NCBI GenBank assembly: GCA_965217035.1
Contig: OZ244226.1
Coordinates: forward strand, 2,524,146-2,588,145
DNA: 64,000 nt
DNA from: Bacteriovoracaceae bacterium
GTDB lineage: Bacteria > Bdellovibrionota > Bacteriovoracia > Bacteriovoracales > Bacteriovoracaceae
Direction of reading: 5' to 3'
Each line of letters opens with the position of its first letter. Within the stretch, counting starts at the first letter, position 1. Of the stretch, positions 29,210 through 38,735 are shown piece after piece. The notes beneath the pieces were generated by a model. The model was not told the origin of the DNA. It saw nothing but the letters and a program-made list of their open reading frames with translations, and made no database searches. A program made the translations under genes and the position numbers.

Positions 29210-29347
29210 ATGAAATATCTTAAAATGCTTTTAAAACGGCTTTATTCTATCAATTCAGTGAGTTTAACTTTTGATCTTGAACTTGCTAAGCAAAGAATTG
29301 AAGAAAGACAAAAGGATCTTGAACCAGAGAAAATCTATCTTGCTTAG
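29210..29347 (+). CDS. Small 45-aa hypothetical protein (not in the ORF track)
   Basis: GGGGGTG RBS; MKYLKMLLKRLYSINSVSLTFDLELAKQRIEERQKDLEPEKIYLA. Confidence 0.5.
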   Translation: MKYLKMLLKRLYSINSVSLTFDLELAKQRIEERQKDLEPEKIYLA

Positions 29348-29416
29348 ACAAAGTTGAGATAAAGACTCTGTATTTATTTCCTGCTTATCAGCTTATTCCA
29401 AAGCTTAGAAGAAGCT

Positions 29417-29443
29417 TTCAGTTTTAGTCGATTTCACCGATAA
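29417..29443 (+). promoter_or_regulatory. Putative sigma28 (FliA) promoter
   Basis: TTCAGTTT-N11-ACCGATAA vs consensus TAAAGTTT-N11-GCCGATAA. Confidence 0.6.
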
Positions 29444-29449
29444 AGCTTT

Positions 29450-30712
29450 ATGTCTTCTGCTTTCCACTATTACTTAACCTTCAATCCTTATTTAAATGAC
29501 AACTATGAGTCTGGCTATACTCAAGCTCATGAATTTCGTGAATTCCTTAAGGGACGAATTGAAAAAGATTCTTCAGCGACGGCCTTTTGGGGGAAATTTA
29601 TTGGGCAGGATAGGAAACATAAAGTTGATATTGAACTCTTTAAAACAATTTTAGCGAAAAACTCTGAGCAAGGTCTGAGCACTCATCTGTACATCACTGA
29701 CTTTAATAATCTTTGGGTCGGGAAGGTGAAAAGCATTACCGATAAGCTTCCTAATAAAAACGCAACTCTTAGTTTTTACGAAGGTAAAAATGTTGAGATT
29801 TGGTTTGAAATTGAAGATTTTACATTAACTCATTCCAATAGTTCTGATACCGCTTCTAAGTTAAGCGAACTTTATATTGATCACGAACATAACGAGATGG
29901 AAATCCAGGGAATGTCTCCCTTTACCACTTCTGTCCGTTACCCTTGTTTACTTCAGGATATTGCAGAAGAACAATATTTTGATGAGTTTGATCGAGAGCA
30001 GTACACGCATCTCATTTTAAAAGAAAACCTCGCTATTAATAGAAGCGTTGATAATGCTAAAAAGGTTCTCCATGCTTACGTTTTTCCGGAAGAAATGTAC
30101 GCGAAGATCCCTCACACAGCAAAACTTGAAATAGAGACTGCTGAGATCGATATTCTTGAAAATCGTCATCATAATTCTCACCAAATTGCCTTTTCCTATT
30201 TGAGAGCTCTTGAGATCGTTTTGAATGATTTAGTTGTTCATAATATTAGAAGAAAGGGGATGGCCAAAGACTTCTATGTCGATGCCACAAGTGCCCCTCC
30301 AAGACTCTATCTAAATCCAACGAAAGACTATTTCATTACTCTTAAAGAGCATAATAAAAACTTCTCGATTCCTATGATTTTAAACTTCGTCGACCGTGCT
30401 GTGAACGGTGGTCACCTCGAGTTTAAAAAGGCTTTTAGCGAGCACAAGCAATTTATTCGCTATCTTACGAAAGAATTAGGTCCTTTGGTGCGAGATAATG
30501 ATTTAATAAAAATTAGAAACCATTTAGCCCATGGAGAGATGAACGAGGTTTCTGTAAAGCAAGCGAATGAAGTGAGAAGTCTTGTTTTAGGAGTAGGTAT
30601 TCCTGGTCTCATTCATATGTGTTACAAAACTTTTTATCATGAGAAGTTTAGCACTAAAACCGAGAAACCTAAAAAATCTGATAAAAAGAATGTTCTCAAA
30701 CTTGTTGGTTAA
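29450..30712 (+). CDS. HP0729-like protein with a C-terminal HEPN-type RxxxxH motif
   Basis: FNPY, FWGK, LYITDFNNLWVGKV, VEIWF; helical C-terminus with YLRALE and IRNHLAHG. Confidence 0.6.
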   Translation: MSSAFHYYLTFNPYLNDNYESGYTQAHEFREFLKGRIEKDSSATAFWGKFIGQDRKHKVDIELFKTILAKNSEQGLSTHLYITDFNNLWVGKVKSITDKLPNKNATLSFYEGKNVEIWFEIEDFTLTHSNSSDTASKLSELYIDHEHNEMEIQGMSPFTTSVRYPCLLQDIAEEQYFDEFDREQYTHLILKENLAINRSVDNAKKVLHAYVFPEEMYAKIPHTAKLEIETAEIDILENRHHNSHQIAFSYLRALEIVLNDLVVHNIRRKGMAKDFYVDATSAPPRLYLNPTKDYFITLKEHNKNFSIPMILNFVDRAVNGGHLEFKKAFSEHKQFIRYLTKELGPLVRDNDLIKIRNHLAHGEMNEVSVKQANEVRSLVLGVGIPGLIHMCYKTFYHEKFSTKTEKPKKSDKKNVLKLVG

Positions 30713-30890
30713 TGACCTTTTGGTGTAATCGGGCTTATGGGTAAAACAGAAATTCTCTCCTCAATATATTTAATCTCTTGTTTCAAGCTTTCTTTCTGAA
30801 CTCATTAACTCTTTTCCAATGTCGTATAATAGCCGAGCTTGGCTCGTTCATTATCTGAGTTCTTAGAATTAATTGAAAGAGTTTAAATAA

Positions 30891-30923
30891 AGAAAGCTAG
30901 GCAATGGATTTGCCTAGCTTTCT
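30891..30923. terminator. Strong hairpin terminator between convergent genes
   Basis: AGAAAGCTAGGCAA/TTGCCTAGCTTTCT 14-bp stem. Confidence 0.8.
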
Positions 30924-30949
30924 GTGTATTCTTTTTAATATTAGAAAAC

Positions 30950-31411
30950 TTATGAAGCTGTGTTGATTGCAGCGTAAAGAACGAAAGCACCAATAGCAAT
31001 CACCGCTATAGATCCAAAAGTGTTAAGTCCCATAAAGAAGTTTGCACCTTCTCCTTGAATAGACTGTGACAATAACTCTGGATCTGACAAGTACTTAGCA
31101 AGTTCAGCATCAGATGAGTTAGAAAGAATTTTAAGAAAAGAAGCTCTTTTCTCTTGAGATGGGATTTGATTGATAATTGTCGCAAATCCTGCTTTGAGTT
31201 CTTCATCAGAAGCTGAGTCGATGAAAGTATTGAGTTCATCTTCAAAAGACTCAATTGTTTCGGCTCTAAAGTCCGCTTCATGAGCTTGAGGATGAGAAGT
31301 TAAGAGGTAATCATACTTCTTTACAATGTTTTTAACTTCATTTTGTGGTTGGGTCGCAAAAGTGCTTAAAGAAAAAGTAATCAGCAAAAGCTGAGCCATC
31401 ATTTTTTTCAT
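30950..31411 (-). CDS. Secreted paralog 3 (short form ending after the hydrophobic helix)
   Basis: AGGAGA RBS, signal, KYDYLLTSH, GEGANFF. Confidence 0.85.
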   Translation of the reverse strand: MKKMMAQLLLITFSLSTFATQPQNEVKNIVKKYDYLLTSHPQAHEADFRAETIESFEDELNTFIDSASDEELKAGFATIINQIPSQEKRASFLKILSNSSDAELAKYLSDPELLSQSIQGEGANFFMGLNTFGSIAVIAIGAFVLYAAINTAS

Positions 31412-31499
31412 AATGTTCTCCTATAAATGTTGAGGAGAACCTAGCATAAAATAAGAACAATGGAAGAGGGTATGAAAAAAAGACCTGCGTCAAAAAAGC

Positions 31500-31528
31500 A
31501 AAAAAAAAGGCCGGAGCAAGCTCCGGCC
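31500..31528 (-). terminator. Rho-independent terminator
   Basis: GGCCGGAGC/GCTCCGGCC stem with a T-run on the minus strand. Confidence 0.8.
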
Positions 31529-31552
31529 ATATTAAAGACATTTTTTTGCAAA

Positions 31553-32269
31553 TTATCTTTCAGCTTTGTATCGAGCGCGGATGTCACAGTCGATGTATCC
31601 ATCAAAGGTTTGAACTTCTTGATAGTCCCATCCGTCGAATTGACAGCTACCAGGGTTATTAGCACGAGATTCGCATCGATTAGCAGCACTATTAATAGAT
31701 GCATCTATATCTGAAGGGTAATTATATCTAACAAGAGAATCGTAAGTACAGTTAGGAGCTCTTAAGAAGAATGAGCTATAGAAATACTGGTACTTAATTC
31801 CTTTAGCAATTGCAATGATAAGAACTGTAACAATGACAGCTCCAAGGATAATAAGAAGGACATCTGTTCCACTAAGATTTGTGAAGAAATTCGCACTTTC
31901 ACCTCTAAGAGCATCTGCAAGAAGAGTTGGATCAGTGAGGTAAGTTGCTAGTTGATCTTGATTAGAGTTATTTAAAACTTTTAAATAAGCCTCTCTTTTT
32001 TCCTGTGTAGGAATTTGTTTAACAAGTTCTTGGAAAGAAGCGTCGAGCTCTTCTTTAGAAGCATTTGAAAGAGCAGTCTGGATATCAGACTTGTAGTTTT
32101 CTAAAGTGGACTTTCTGAAGTCTGCTTTATGTGAATCTGCGTGAGAAGTAAGAAGGTAATCATACTTCTTCATAATTTTGTCGATTTTGCTCGCATTTTC
32201 AATTGGCTTTGCAATGGTGTTGAATGAGAAAGCAACCAAAAGAAATAAGCTTGTGATTTTATTAAACAT
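31553..32269 (-). CDS. Secreted paralog 2
   Basis: Signal, KYDYLLTSH, GESANFF, TM helix, 4-Cys C-terminal domain. Confidence 0.85.
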   Translation of the reverse strand: MFNKITSLFLLVAFSFNTIAKPIENASKIDKIMKKYDYLLTSHADSHKADFRKSTLENYKSDIQTALSNASKEELDASFQELVKQIPTQEKREAYLKVLNNSNQDQLATYLTDPTLLADALRGESANFFTNLSGTDVLLIILGAVIVTVLIIAIAKGIKYQYFYSSFFLRAPNCTYDSLVRYNYPSDIDASINSAANRCESRANNPGSCQFDGWDYQEVQTFDGYIDCDIRARYKAER

Positions 32270-32382
32270 TTTTGCCCCCTTAAATGTTTTTATAGAGTTG
32301 GGATGAAATTATCAGGGAGTTTTTAAGGTGGCAAGTAGCTATGAAGGAAGAAGGGGCCTTTCAACCCCTTCAAGTCGGTTGT

Positions 32383-33123
32383 TTAGCGCTTACGATCGGC
32401 CCTATAGGTGGCTTTTACAGAGCAATCGTAATAAGTTGAATCGTCCCATTCGTCGTAATAAGATGTTTCGTTCCAATCCCAGCCAGCCCATTTACAGGTA
32501 GACGGGTGTTTTGCCCCGTTGCGGCATTTTGAATAAGCATTATCTTTAGCAGCTTCAATTTGAGCGTAGCTATAGTTCCACTCTAGATTGCTTGTCGTAC
32601 AAGCTCCTCCAAAAGAAAGCGAATAACTTTTAAAAGTCTCGTATTTTATTGCTACGACAATGGCCTCGATGATTGCGTATAAAATCAGACCACCAAAAAC
32701 AATAATGATGATATCTAACGCAACGCTATTAGTAATAAAGAAGTTTGCACTTTCTCCTTTTAACGAATCTTGGAGCAAAGTGGGGTCGGTAAGGTAGGAC
32801 ACGATTTCTTTTTTGGAAGAATTTTTTAAAACCTTAAGATAAGTTTCTCTCTTCTCCTTGCTTGGTATTTCGTTGAGGAGCTGATCAAAACTTTTCTTTA
32901 ACTCTTCTTTGGAAGTATTATTAACAGAAACTTTGAGATCTTCTTGAAATTTTTTGATCATTTTGTCACGAAACTCTTTTTTGTGAGCATCGGGATGTGC
33001 AGATAAAAGGTAGTCATACTTCACCATGACATCCTTGATCGATTTCGCTTCATTTAAGGGGGCAGCAATTGTTTGAAAAGAAAAAACAAATAAAAAAATA
33101 CTATTTAGTATTAACTTAAACAT
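32383..33123 (-). CDS. Secreted paralog 1
   Basis: GGAGG RBS, signal, KYDYLLSAH, GESANFF, TM helix, 4-Cys C-terminal domain. Confidence 0.85.
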   Translation of the reverse strand: MFKLILNSIFLFVFSFQTIAAPLNEAKSIKDVMVKYDYLLSAHPDAHKKEFRDKMIKKFQEDLKVSVNNTSKEELKKSFDQLLNEIPSKEKRETYLKVLKNSSKKEIVSYLTDPTLLQDSLKGESANFFITNSVALDIIIIVFGGLILYAIIEAIVVAIKYETFKSYSLSFGGACTTSNLEWNYSYAQIEAAKDNAYSKCRNGAKHPSTCKWAGWDWNETSYYDEWDDSTYYDCSVKATYRADRKR

Positions 33124-33165
33124 AAGTAGTCCTCCAGACAGATTAGTTTGATCGAGGAGACTAAA

Positions 33166-33182
33166 AGCAAAATGAAGGCCAA
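33166..33182 (-). promoter_or_regulatory. Putative sigma54 promoter
   Basis: Minus strand TTGGCCTTCATTTTGCT, GG-N10-GC. Confidence 0.6.
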
Positions 33183-33261
33183 CTTAAAAAGCTAAGAATC
33201 TTAGGTATATAAAGGTTTTATGGTGAGGGGCGAATTGATACCAGTGTCGTTTAAGTGGTTT

Positions 33262-34431
33262 CTAAATACCTCTATTATTAAGAATAATAAGAGTTTCTAG
33301 TTGGTATTTTTTTGGCATCGCATTTTTTAGAATGATAGGAAGGTCTTTGATTTTTGTATCAAGATTCATTTTTTTTCTAAGATCAAACATTAGGCGATCC
33401 GCAAATTCTTTTCCTTCTCTTTTTTGAAGCATTTGTTGAATTTCATAAAATACAGACAGGGTAAAATCAGAACCAAGCCCAGCATCAGTATCAAGTTTTG
33501 GAGAATAAGCTGTTTTTGAGAGCGCCGAACGTGAACCTACAAGAGTACCATATTTTCCAAGTTTATGAGCGATTTCGGATCTGTTCGAAATCATGACTGC
33601 AAAGAAATCAGCATAGCCTTCCAGAAAAGCTGTGTTATCAATTGGTGGAACAAAGTCAGCAATAGCATAATGAGTATATTCGTGATAGATCACTTCGGGA
33701 ACGAAGGCAGCTTCAAAATAAATTTTCTTATTGGCAAAAATCATAAAGAGTTCAGGCATCGCATACTTTAAAGAAGAAGAAATAAGAAAGTTTTGAAATA
33801 ATGTTTTCCCTGAATTTTCAAGTGATCCTACAAAGTCAGATGAAATAGCAGCATTGGCTGCTGTGAAGAAGAGAACATCAGTATTCACATCGATCGTTTT
33901 TGGCATTGATGCACGAATAAGTTGTTTGAACTTTTTTCTCTCTTGTTTTGTGAGTTTGACTCTCTTACTTGGACGGAACCATATTTCATTTTCCCAAGCT
34001 CCAATACCAAGGTCTTTATCCCCTGAGCCTGCAGCAACGGTTGAAGCATTATTAAAGATAGGCTTTAGTTTTGCATTTTGGAAATGATAAAGCTTATGAT
34101 AAGCATTTTCGATTTCCATTCTTACAACCATTTGCTTCTCTTGAGTATAACCCAGCTTTTCAAAATAATTCTTTGCTATCGTGAGATGGTAGTAAACATT
34201 GGCTGCTTTATTCGATAATGGAGAATCATCTATTTTGATCAATTCATTCGTTGTCTTATAAACAATTTTAAAATACTTTCCTTCGTAAACCTTATCTGAA
34301 AGAAGATCTTGTAATTTAAGCTTAGAAAGAACGAGTTTGTCTTTTTCATTTCGAACGATAACATCTCTTTCAACTTCAACGGAGAAAGCAGAAAGAGTTG
34401 ATAAGATGAATGTAAGCACAAAAAATCTCAT
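33262..34431 (-). CDS. Secreted gluzincin-type (M4/M36-like) metallopeptidase
   Basis: ANVYYH, FNNA, VIYHEYTH (HExxH), EGYADFFA third ligand; ATG at 34431 overlaps the upstream stop. Confidence 0.75.
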   Translation of the reverse strand: MRFFVLTFILSTLSAFSVEVERDVIVRNEKDKLVLSKLKLQDLLSDKVYEGKYFKIVYKTTNELIKIDDSPLSNKAANVYYHLTIAKNYFEKLGYTQEKQMVVRMEIENAYHKLYHFQNAKLKPIFNNASTVAAGSGDKDLGIGAWENEIWFRPSKRVKLTKQERKKFKQLIRASMPKTIDVNTDVLFFTAANAAISSDFVGSLENSGKTLFQNFLISSSLKYAMPELFMIFANKKIYFEAAFVPEVIYHEYTHYAIADFVPPIDNTAFLEGYADFFAVMISNRSEIAHKLGKYGTLVGSRSALSKTAYSPKLDTDAGLGSDFTLSVFYEIQQMLQKREGKEFADRLMFDLRKKMNLDTKIKDLPIILKNAMPKKYQLETLIILNNRGI

Positions 34432-35645
34432 AGTTTCATCTCGCAATTCCCATAGAAGAGATCGTGCTTATACTCAGGGTTTTCTTGGACCTTTGGTTGA
34501 ACAAGTTGATCAACAAAAGAGACAGTTAAAGCATAGCTTATTCCATAAACAGGTCCCAAAAGACTAGAAACAAGGAAATCTAGCCGTCCCATAAAACCTG
34601 TGACTTTTTGCCAAAAGTTCTTTTTCTTTGTTTTCTTTTCAAGTTTAGCAAAAGCTTCGATTTCATTATCATCAATATGACCGACTTCATAAGAAAGTGT
34701 TAAGAGGGTTCTGTAACTAAAATCTTTTCCTTTAAAATATGATTGAGCAAGGACGGCATCCTTTTCTCGATTATAAAGTTTAATCCCTAGTCTTAATTGC
34801 TCAGTAGGGTTAAGTGAAATTCTTTCTTTCACTTCTCCATTGTCGAGATAAACAATTTCAGATTTCTCATACTTAAATCGTTTCTCCAGCTTGTCGATGA
34901 GCTCAAGCATATCCTTCATTTGAAGAAGCGTGTAATCGGTATAAAGTTCATATCGACTACTAGCGATATTCTTCTTTTTTCGATTACTATTGTGAAATTC
35001 TGTGATGTTCTTATTAAGTTTAAAACCTGCTCTTTCTAAGGATCGGCGCTTTTCGTGATATTGGCTAATAGAAAGAGAGCTTTTTAGATTTTCTTGATGA
35101 AGTCTCGTCATTTCAATCAACATATATTGTTGCTTTGTAAGAAGACCCGCTCGATAAGCATAACTATTTAAAGGACCAAGAGTTCTATCATCATCTGTTG
35201 TCAGAACATTCATTTTGGATTCGAAGTCCTTCCATTTTTCGCTTAAGCAATCTTTTTTGGCAAGAAAACGAAAATAGTAAGCAGCAATAATTTTCTTTCC
35301 CTTTTGAACTTTAGGGACTTGGCCCGGAGCTCTTTTCTTTAGATAATTTATGTATCCAAGTAGAATATCTGTCTCGACTTGGTCGATATAACCTTTCTTA
35401 TTAGCGAGAATGAGTCCGTATTTTACATTATTAGCGCCAAGAGGGAGAAGCTCTTGAATAAGCTCTGGTTCACAGAACTTATTTCTTAAGCTAAAAACTG
35501 CTTTGAACTTTTCTTCGGAAAAATTCTCATTGATGAGTTTATACTTCTTCTTAAGTCTTTTATCTGAATAGTGAGATTCATACCAAGTTTTTGAACTTGC
35601 TAAAGAGATCACTGGAAATAAGAGAGTTAAAAGAAGTACTTTCAT
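34428..35645 (-). CDS. Secreted hypothetical protein
   Basis: Signal peptide; translationally coupled to both neighbours. Confidence 0.75.
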   Translation of the reverse strand: MKVLLLTLLFPVISLASSKTWYESHYSDKRLKKKYKLINENFSEEKFKAVFSLRNKFCEPELIQELLPLGANNVKYGLILANKKGYIDQVETDILLGYINYLKKRAPGQVPKVQKGKKIIAAYYFRFLAKKDCLSEKWKDFESKMNVLTTDDDRTLGPLNSYAYRAGLLTKQQYMLIEMTRLHQENLKSSLSISQYHEKRRSLERAGFKLNKNITEFHNSNRKKKNIASSRYELYTDYTLLQMKDMLELIDKLEKRFKYEKSEIVYLDNGEVKERISLNPTEQLRLGIKLYNREKDAVLAQSYFKGKDFSYRTLLTLSYEVGHIDDNEIEAFAKLEKKTKKKNFWQKVTGFMGRLDFLVSSLLGPVYGISYALTVSFVDQLVQPKVQENPEYKHDLFYGNCEMKL

Positions 35646-35923
35646 TTTAATGGTTTCTGAATACTATGAACTTTTGAGTTACTAATGCATGCACTTAAAC
35701 CGTGAGCTAATGCTGTGGTAACTTTCTTAGTTTCTTTAGCGACATGATTTGGATTATATTGCTGCTCAATATATACAGTTTCTTGCTTTCCTTCAGCAGT
35801 TAGTAGGAGCACGTCAACAGCTCCTTCGCTGTTGTAAGTAATTTGTTGAACAGAACCGCAGGTTGCAAATGAGCTAGCGTTAAAAGCGATTAAAGAAGTC
35901 ATCAATAGAACTTTCATAAACAT
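35642..35923 (-). CDS. Small secreted hypothetical protein
   Basis: AGGAG RBS; signal ending SSFA. Confidence 0.7.
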   Translation of the reverse strand: MFMKVLLMTSLIAFNASSFATCGSVQQITYNSEGAVDVLLLTAEGKQETVYIEQQYNPNHVAKETKKVTTALAHGLSACISNSKVHSIQKPLK

Positions 35924-36044
35924 CTCCTAAATTATTAATTAGGAATATTTTAGGCTGCAGCTCGATTTGGAGCAATGAAAGAAGAAGGAAATGTAATATC
36001 TATAAGGGGGTGTGGTGAAACTAGACAGTTTCACCAGCTTGAAA

Positions 36045-37016
36045 TTATTGAAGTTTACCGGTTAGAGATCCGAGGAAGGCCTTGATCTCTTGAACATCAG
36101 TTGCCGTCAGAGTTTCTCCGAGTTGATGCTTGGCCATGAGTTTAATGGCCTCTTCTAATGTTTTGACTTTTCCATCATGAAAATAGGGTGCTGTTTTTTC
36201 GATATTTCTTAAGTTAGGAATTTTAAAGAAGTATTTATCGTCTTCACTTTTAGTAACATTAAAACGACCAAGATCTTCAGTTTGATAGGCTTCAACGGCT
36301 CCAATTTTTTGATACTCTTGACCGCCTATAGAAGCTCCGTAATGGCAGCTCACGCAACCAACTTCGATGAACTTCTTTAGTCCTCGTTTTTCGAGTTTAT
36401 TTAAGGCATTTATGTCACCTTTAAGATACTCATCAAAGCGATCAGTCGTAACAAGAGTTCTTTCAAATTCAGCGATAGCGACACCAATATTTTTAAAAGT
36501 AATCGCTTTATCGTTTTTAAAAGCTTCTTTAAAAAGAGCTTTGTATTCAGGTGTATTGAGCTTTTTGAGAACTTCTTTCTCTGAAGCAAGGCCGTGTTCA
36601 ATTGGATTGAGAAGCGGTCCAAGCGCCTGAGCCTCTAAGTTTTCAGCTCGACCATCCCAGAACTGAACAAAGTTATAAGACGAATTAAAACTGGTAGGAG
36701 AGTTTCTATCACCACGTGTTCCATCATGACCTGGTGAAGTTGCCTCGTTATCAACTCCAAAGTTGTCGAGTTGGTGGCAGCTATTACAAGAAATTTTTCC
36801 ATTTTTTGAAAGATTAGTGTCGAGGTATAGTTTTTTACCCAGTTGAACCATTTTCATGTTTTGAGATTTATAAGCTTTAAGAGCTTCAAAACTATCTTTA
36901 GCTTCATCAAGGAGTTCTTGATCCGCTTTTTTCTCCTCAGGGGTCATCTTTTTTTCTTCTTTCTTAGGAGTACAAGAAAAAAGAATTACAAACATCAACA
37001 ATCGATACATAATCAC
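36045..37016 (-). CDS. ccp: Di-haem cytochrome c peroxidase family lipoprotein
   Basis: CNSCH and CVSCH, RNSPT, QFWDGRA, FKIPNLRNI..TAPYFHDG. Confidence 0.93.
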   Translation of the reverse strand: MIMYRLLMFVILFSCTPKKEEKKMTPEEKKADQELLDEAKDSFEALKAYKSQNMKMVQLGKKLYLDTNLSKNGKISCNSCHQLDNFGVDNEATSPGHDGTRGDRNSPTSFNSSYNFVQFWDGRAENLEAQALGPLLNPIEHGLASEKEVLKKLNTPEYKALFKEAFKNDKAITFKNIGVAIAEFERTLVTTDRFDEYLKGDINALNKLEKRGLKKFIEVGCVSCHYGASIGGQEYQKIGAVEAYQTEDLGRFNVTKSEDDKYFFKIPNLRNIEKTAPYFHDGKVKTLEEAIKLMAKHQLGETLTATDVQEIKAFLGSLTGKLQ

Positions 37017-37181
37017 CTCACTCGATCGAACCTACTTATAAATAAATGTAATGAATTTAGATTAGCGATTAATATAGAGAAATGAAAGCATCATTTTTTG
37101 GACAAACTCAATTGATTTAATCAGACTTCCTTGAGACGATTATCATTTTCTTAATCACAGAATTCGATTTATAAATAAATA

Positions 37182-38144
37182 GTGAAAAAATTTAAAGAAA
37201 TTGCAGATTTAAATGAGCTAATGACCCTTGCTGATAATGATTTGGTTCGGATAAAGACGCTTGGAAAGATCTCTTATAAAGATGGAGATTATCCCGTTGT
37301 TGCCTTTGAAATTGGATCTAAAGATAAAGATTCTCCTGTATTAGGCCTTTTTGGTGGAGTTCATGGATTAGAGAAAATTGGAACTCATTTTGTGACAACA
37401 TACCTGTATCGAATGTTTAAACAAATGCGATGGGATGATGACTTAAGAGAAGAGCTTAAAACCTCTCGAATTATTTCTATTCCTATGATTAATCCTGTTG
37501 GAATCGCTCATAACAGTCGGAGTAATGGAAGTGGGATTGATCTTATGAGAAATTCCCCAATCGAAGCAAAAAATGGAAGAATCCCTTTCTTGATTGGAGG
37601 GCACCGTATTAGTCCTAAGATTCCTTGGTATCGAGGTAAGGCTGGAGAATCGATGCAAAAAGAAAATCAGTTAGTTGTTGATTATCTTGACGAGCAAATT
37701 ATGAACTCTGTTTGTACCATCAGTGTTGATTTTCATTCTGGATTCGGAATTCGAGATCGTTTTTGGTATCCCTATGGAAGTTCAACGGATGAGTTTCCTA
37801 ATTTAGCCGAAGTCAAAAGACTAGAGAATCTCATTGATGATTGTCTTCCTTATAATGTTTATAGAATCGAGCCTCAATCTGATGTTTATACGATTCATGG
37901 AGATCTTTGGGATTATATTTATGAGCGCCATCGAGAATATAATAAAAATAATTCAAACCTTTTTCTACCGTGGACATTAGAAATGGGTTCTTGGACTTGG
38001 GTTAAGAAAAACCCTCTTCAAATTTTTCAGTATACTGGTCTTTATAATCCGATTAAGAAACATCGATACCATCGAGTCATGAGACGTCATAAGGCCTTGA
38101 TCGATGTTCTCTTTCGAGCAACAAGAAATCGAAGTTGGATCTAA
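37182..38144 (+). CDS. M14-family zinc carboxypeptidase-like protein
   Basis: GVHGLE (HxxE), INPVG, NG.GIDLMRN, VDFHSG, TLEMG. Confidence 0.88.
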   Translation: MKKFKEIADLNELMTLADNDLVRIKTLGKISYKDGDYPVVAFEIGSKDKDSPVLGLFGGVHGLEKIGTHFVTTYLYRMFKQMRWDDDLREELKTSRIISIPMINPVGIAHNSRSNGSGIDLMRNSPIEAKNGRIPFLIGGHRISPKIPWYRGKAGESMQKENQLVVDYLDEQIMNSVCTISVDFHSGFGIRDRFWYPYGSSTDEFPNLAEVKRLENLIDDCLPYNVYRIEPQSDVYTIHGDLWDYIYERHREYNKNNSNLFLPWTLEMGSWTWVKKNPLQIFQYTGLYNPIKKHRYHRVMRRHKALIDVLFRATRNRSWI

Positions 38145-38157
38145 GTAAAGATATCCC

Positions 38158-38685
38158 CTAGAACATTTCGTAAAAGTGAAACCCAATCGAAGGCGTAAAA
38201 GAATTTACAGAGATATCATCTGAAAGATTTGCTCTTCTCACTGCCATTTCCAAAGCAAGACCAAAGTTTTTAAATGGAATTTCATATCCAACTCCTGCGT
38301 AGAGAAAGTATCCACTGGCATCTTTAACATTGTTTCCCGGTTTTAATAAGGAATAACCAATTCCTGGTCTTATGAAGAATGATTTATTAGATTTCAAAAA
38401 GTGATATTTCAATTCAAATCCAATATTCCAAAAAGTAATATCTTCTCCAAAAAGTTCTTGATCTTGAGCCTTTAGGTTGGAGAGAACAGGAGAAAGAGAA
38501 AAACCGTAAGAGATATCATAGGGTTTTTCCCACCAAAAATTTAAAGTATTGCTTAAGCCTTTATACTCAGCTTCTGTTCCGTTAGAATCAATTGTATGAG
38601 TTTCAAAATGTTCTCGCGCCCGAACCTTAAATTTTTGAGAGTAAGCAAAGCAAGGAATCAGCGATAAAAGAATTAAATATTTCAT
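38158..38685 (-). CDS. Outer-membrane beta-barrel protein
   Basis: Signal, amphipathic beta strands, terminal aromatic residue. Confidence 0.7.
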   Translation of the reverse strand: MKYLILLSLIPCFAYSQKFKVRAREHFETHTIDSNGTEAEYKGLSNTLNFWWEKPYDISYGFSLSPVLSNLKAQDQELFGEDITFWNIGFELKYHFLKSNKSFFIRPGIGYSLLKPGNNVKDASGYFLYAGVGYEIPFKNFGLALEMAVRRANLSDDISVNSFTPSIGFHFYEMF

Positions 38686-38735
38686 ATATTCTTATTCAAT
38701 GCTAATTACAAAAAAGTTACAAGGCTGTCTAAGGT

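Noticed and set aside
30709..30885. Minus-strand coding-like fragment interrupted by two stops
   Set aside because: No start, RBS or recognisable family.
31475..31488. AAAAAAAGACCTGC identical to half of the terminator at 43406
   Set aside because: Half is poly-A and the complementary arm is absent; likely chance.
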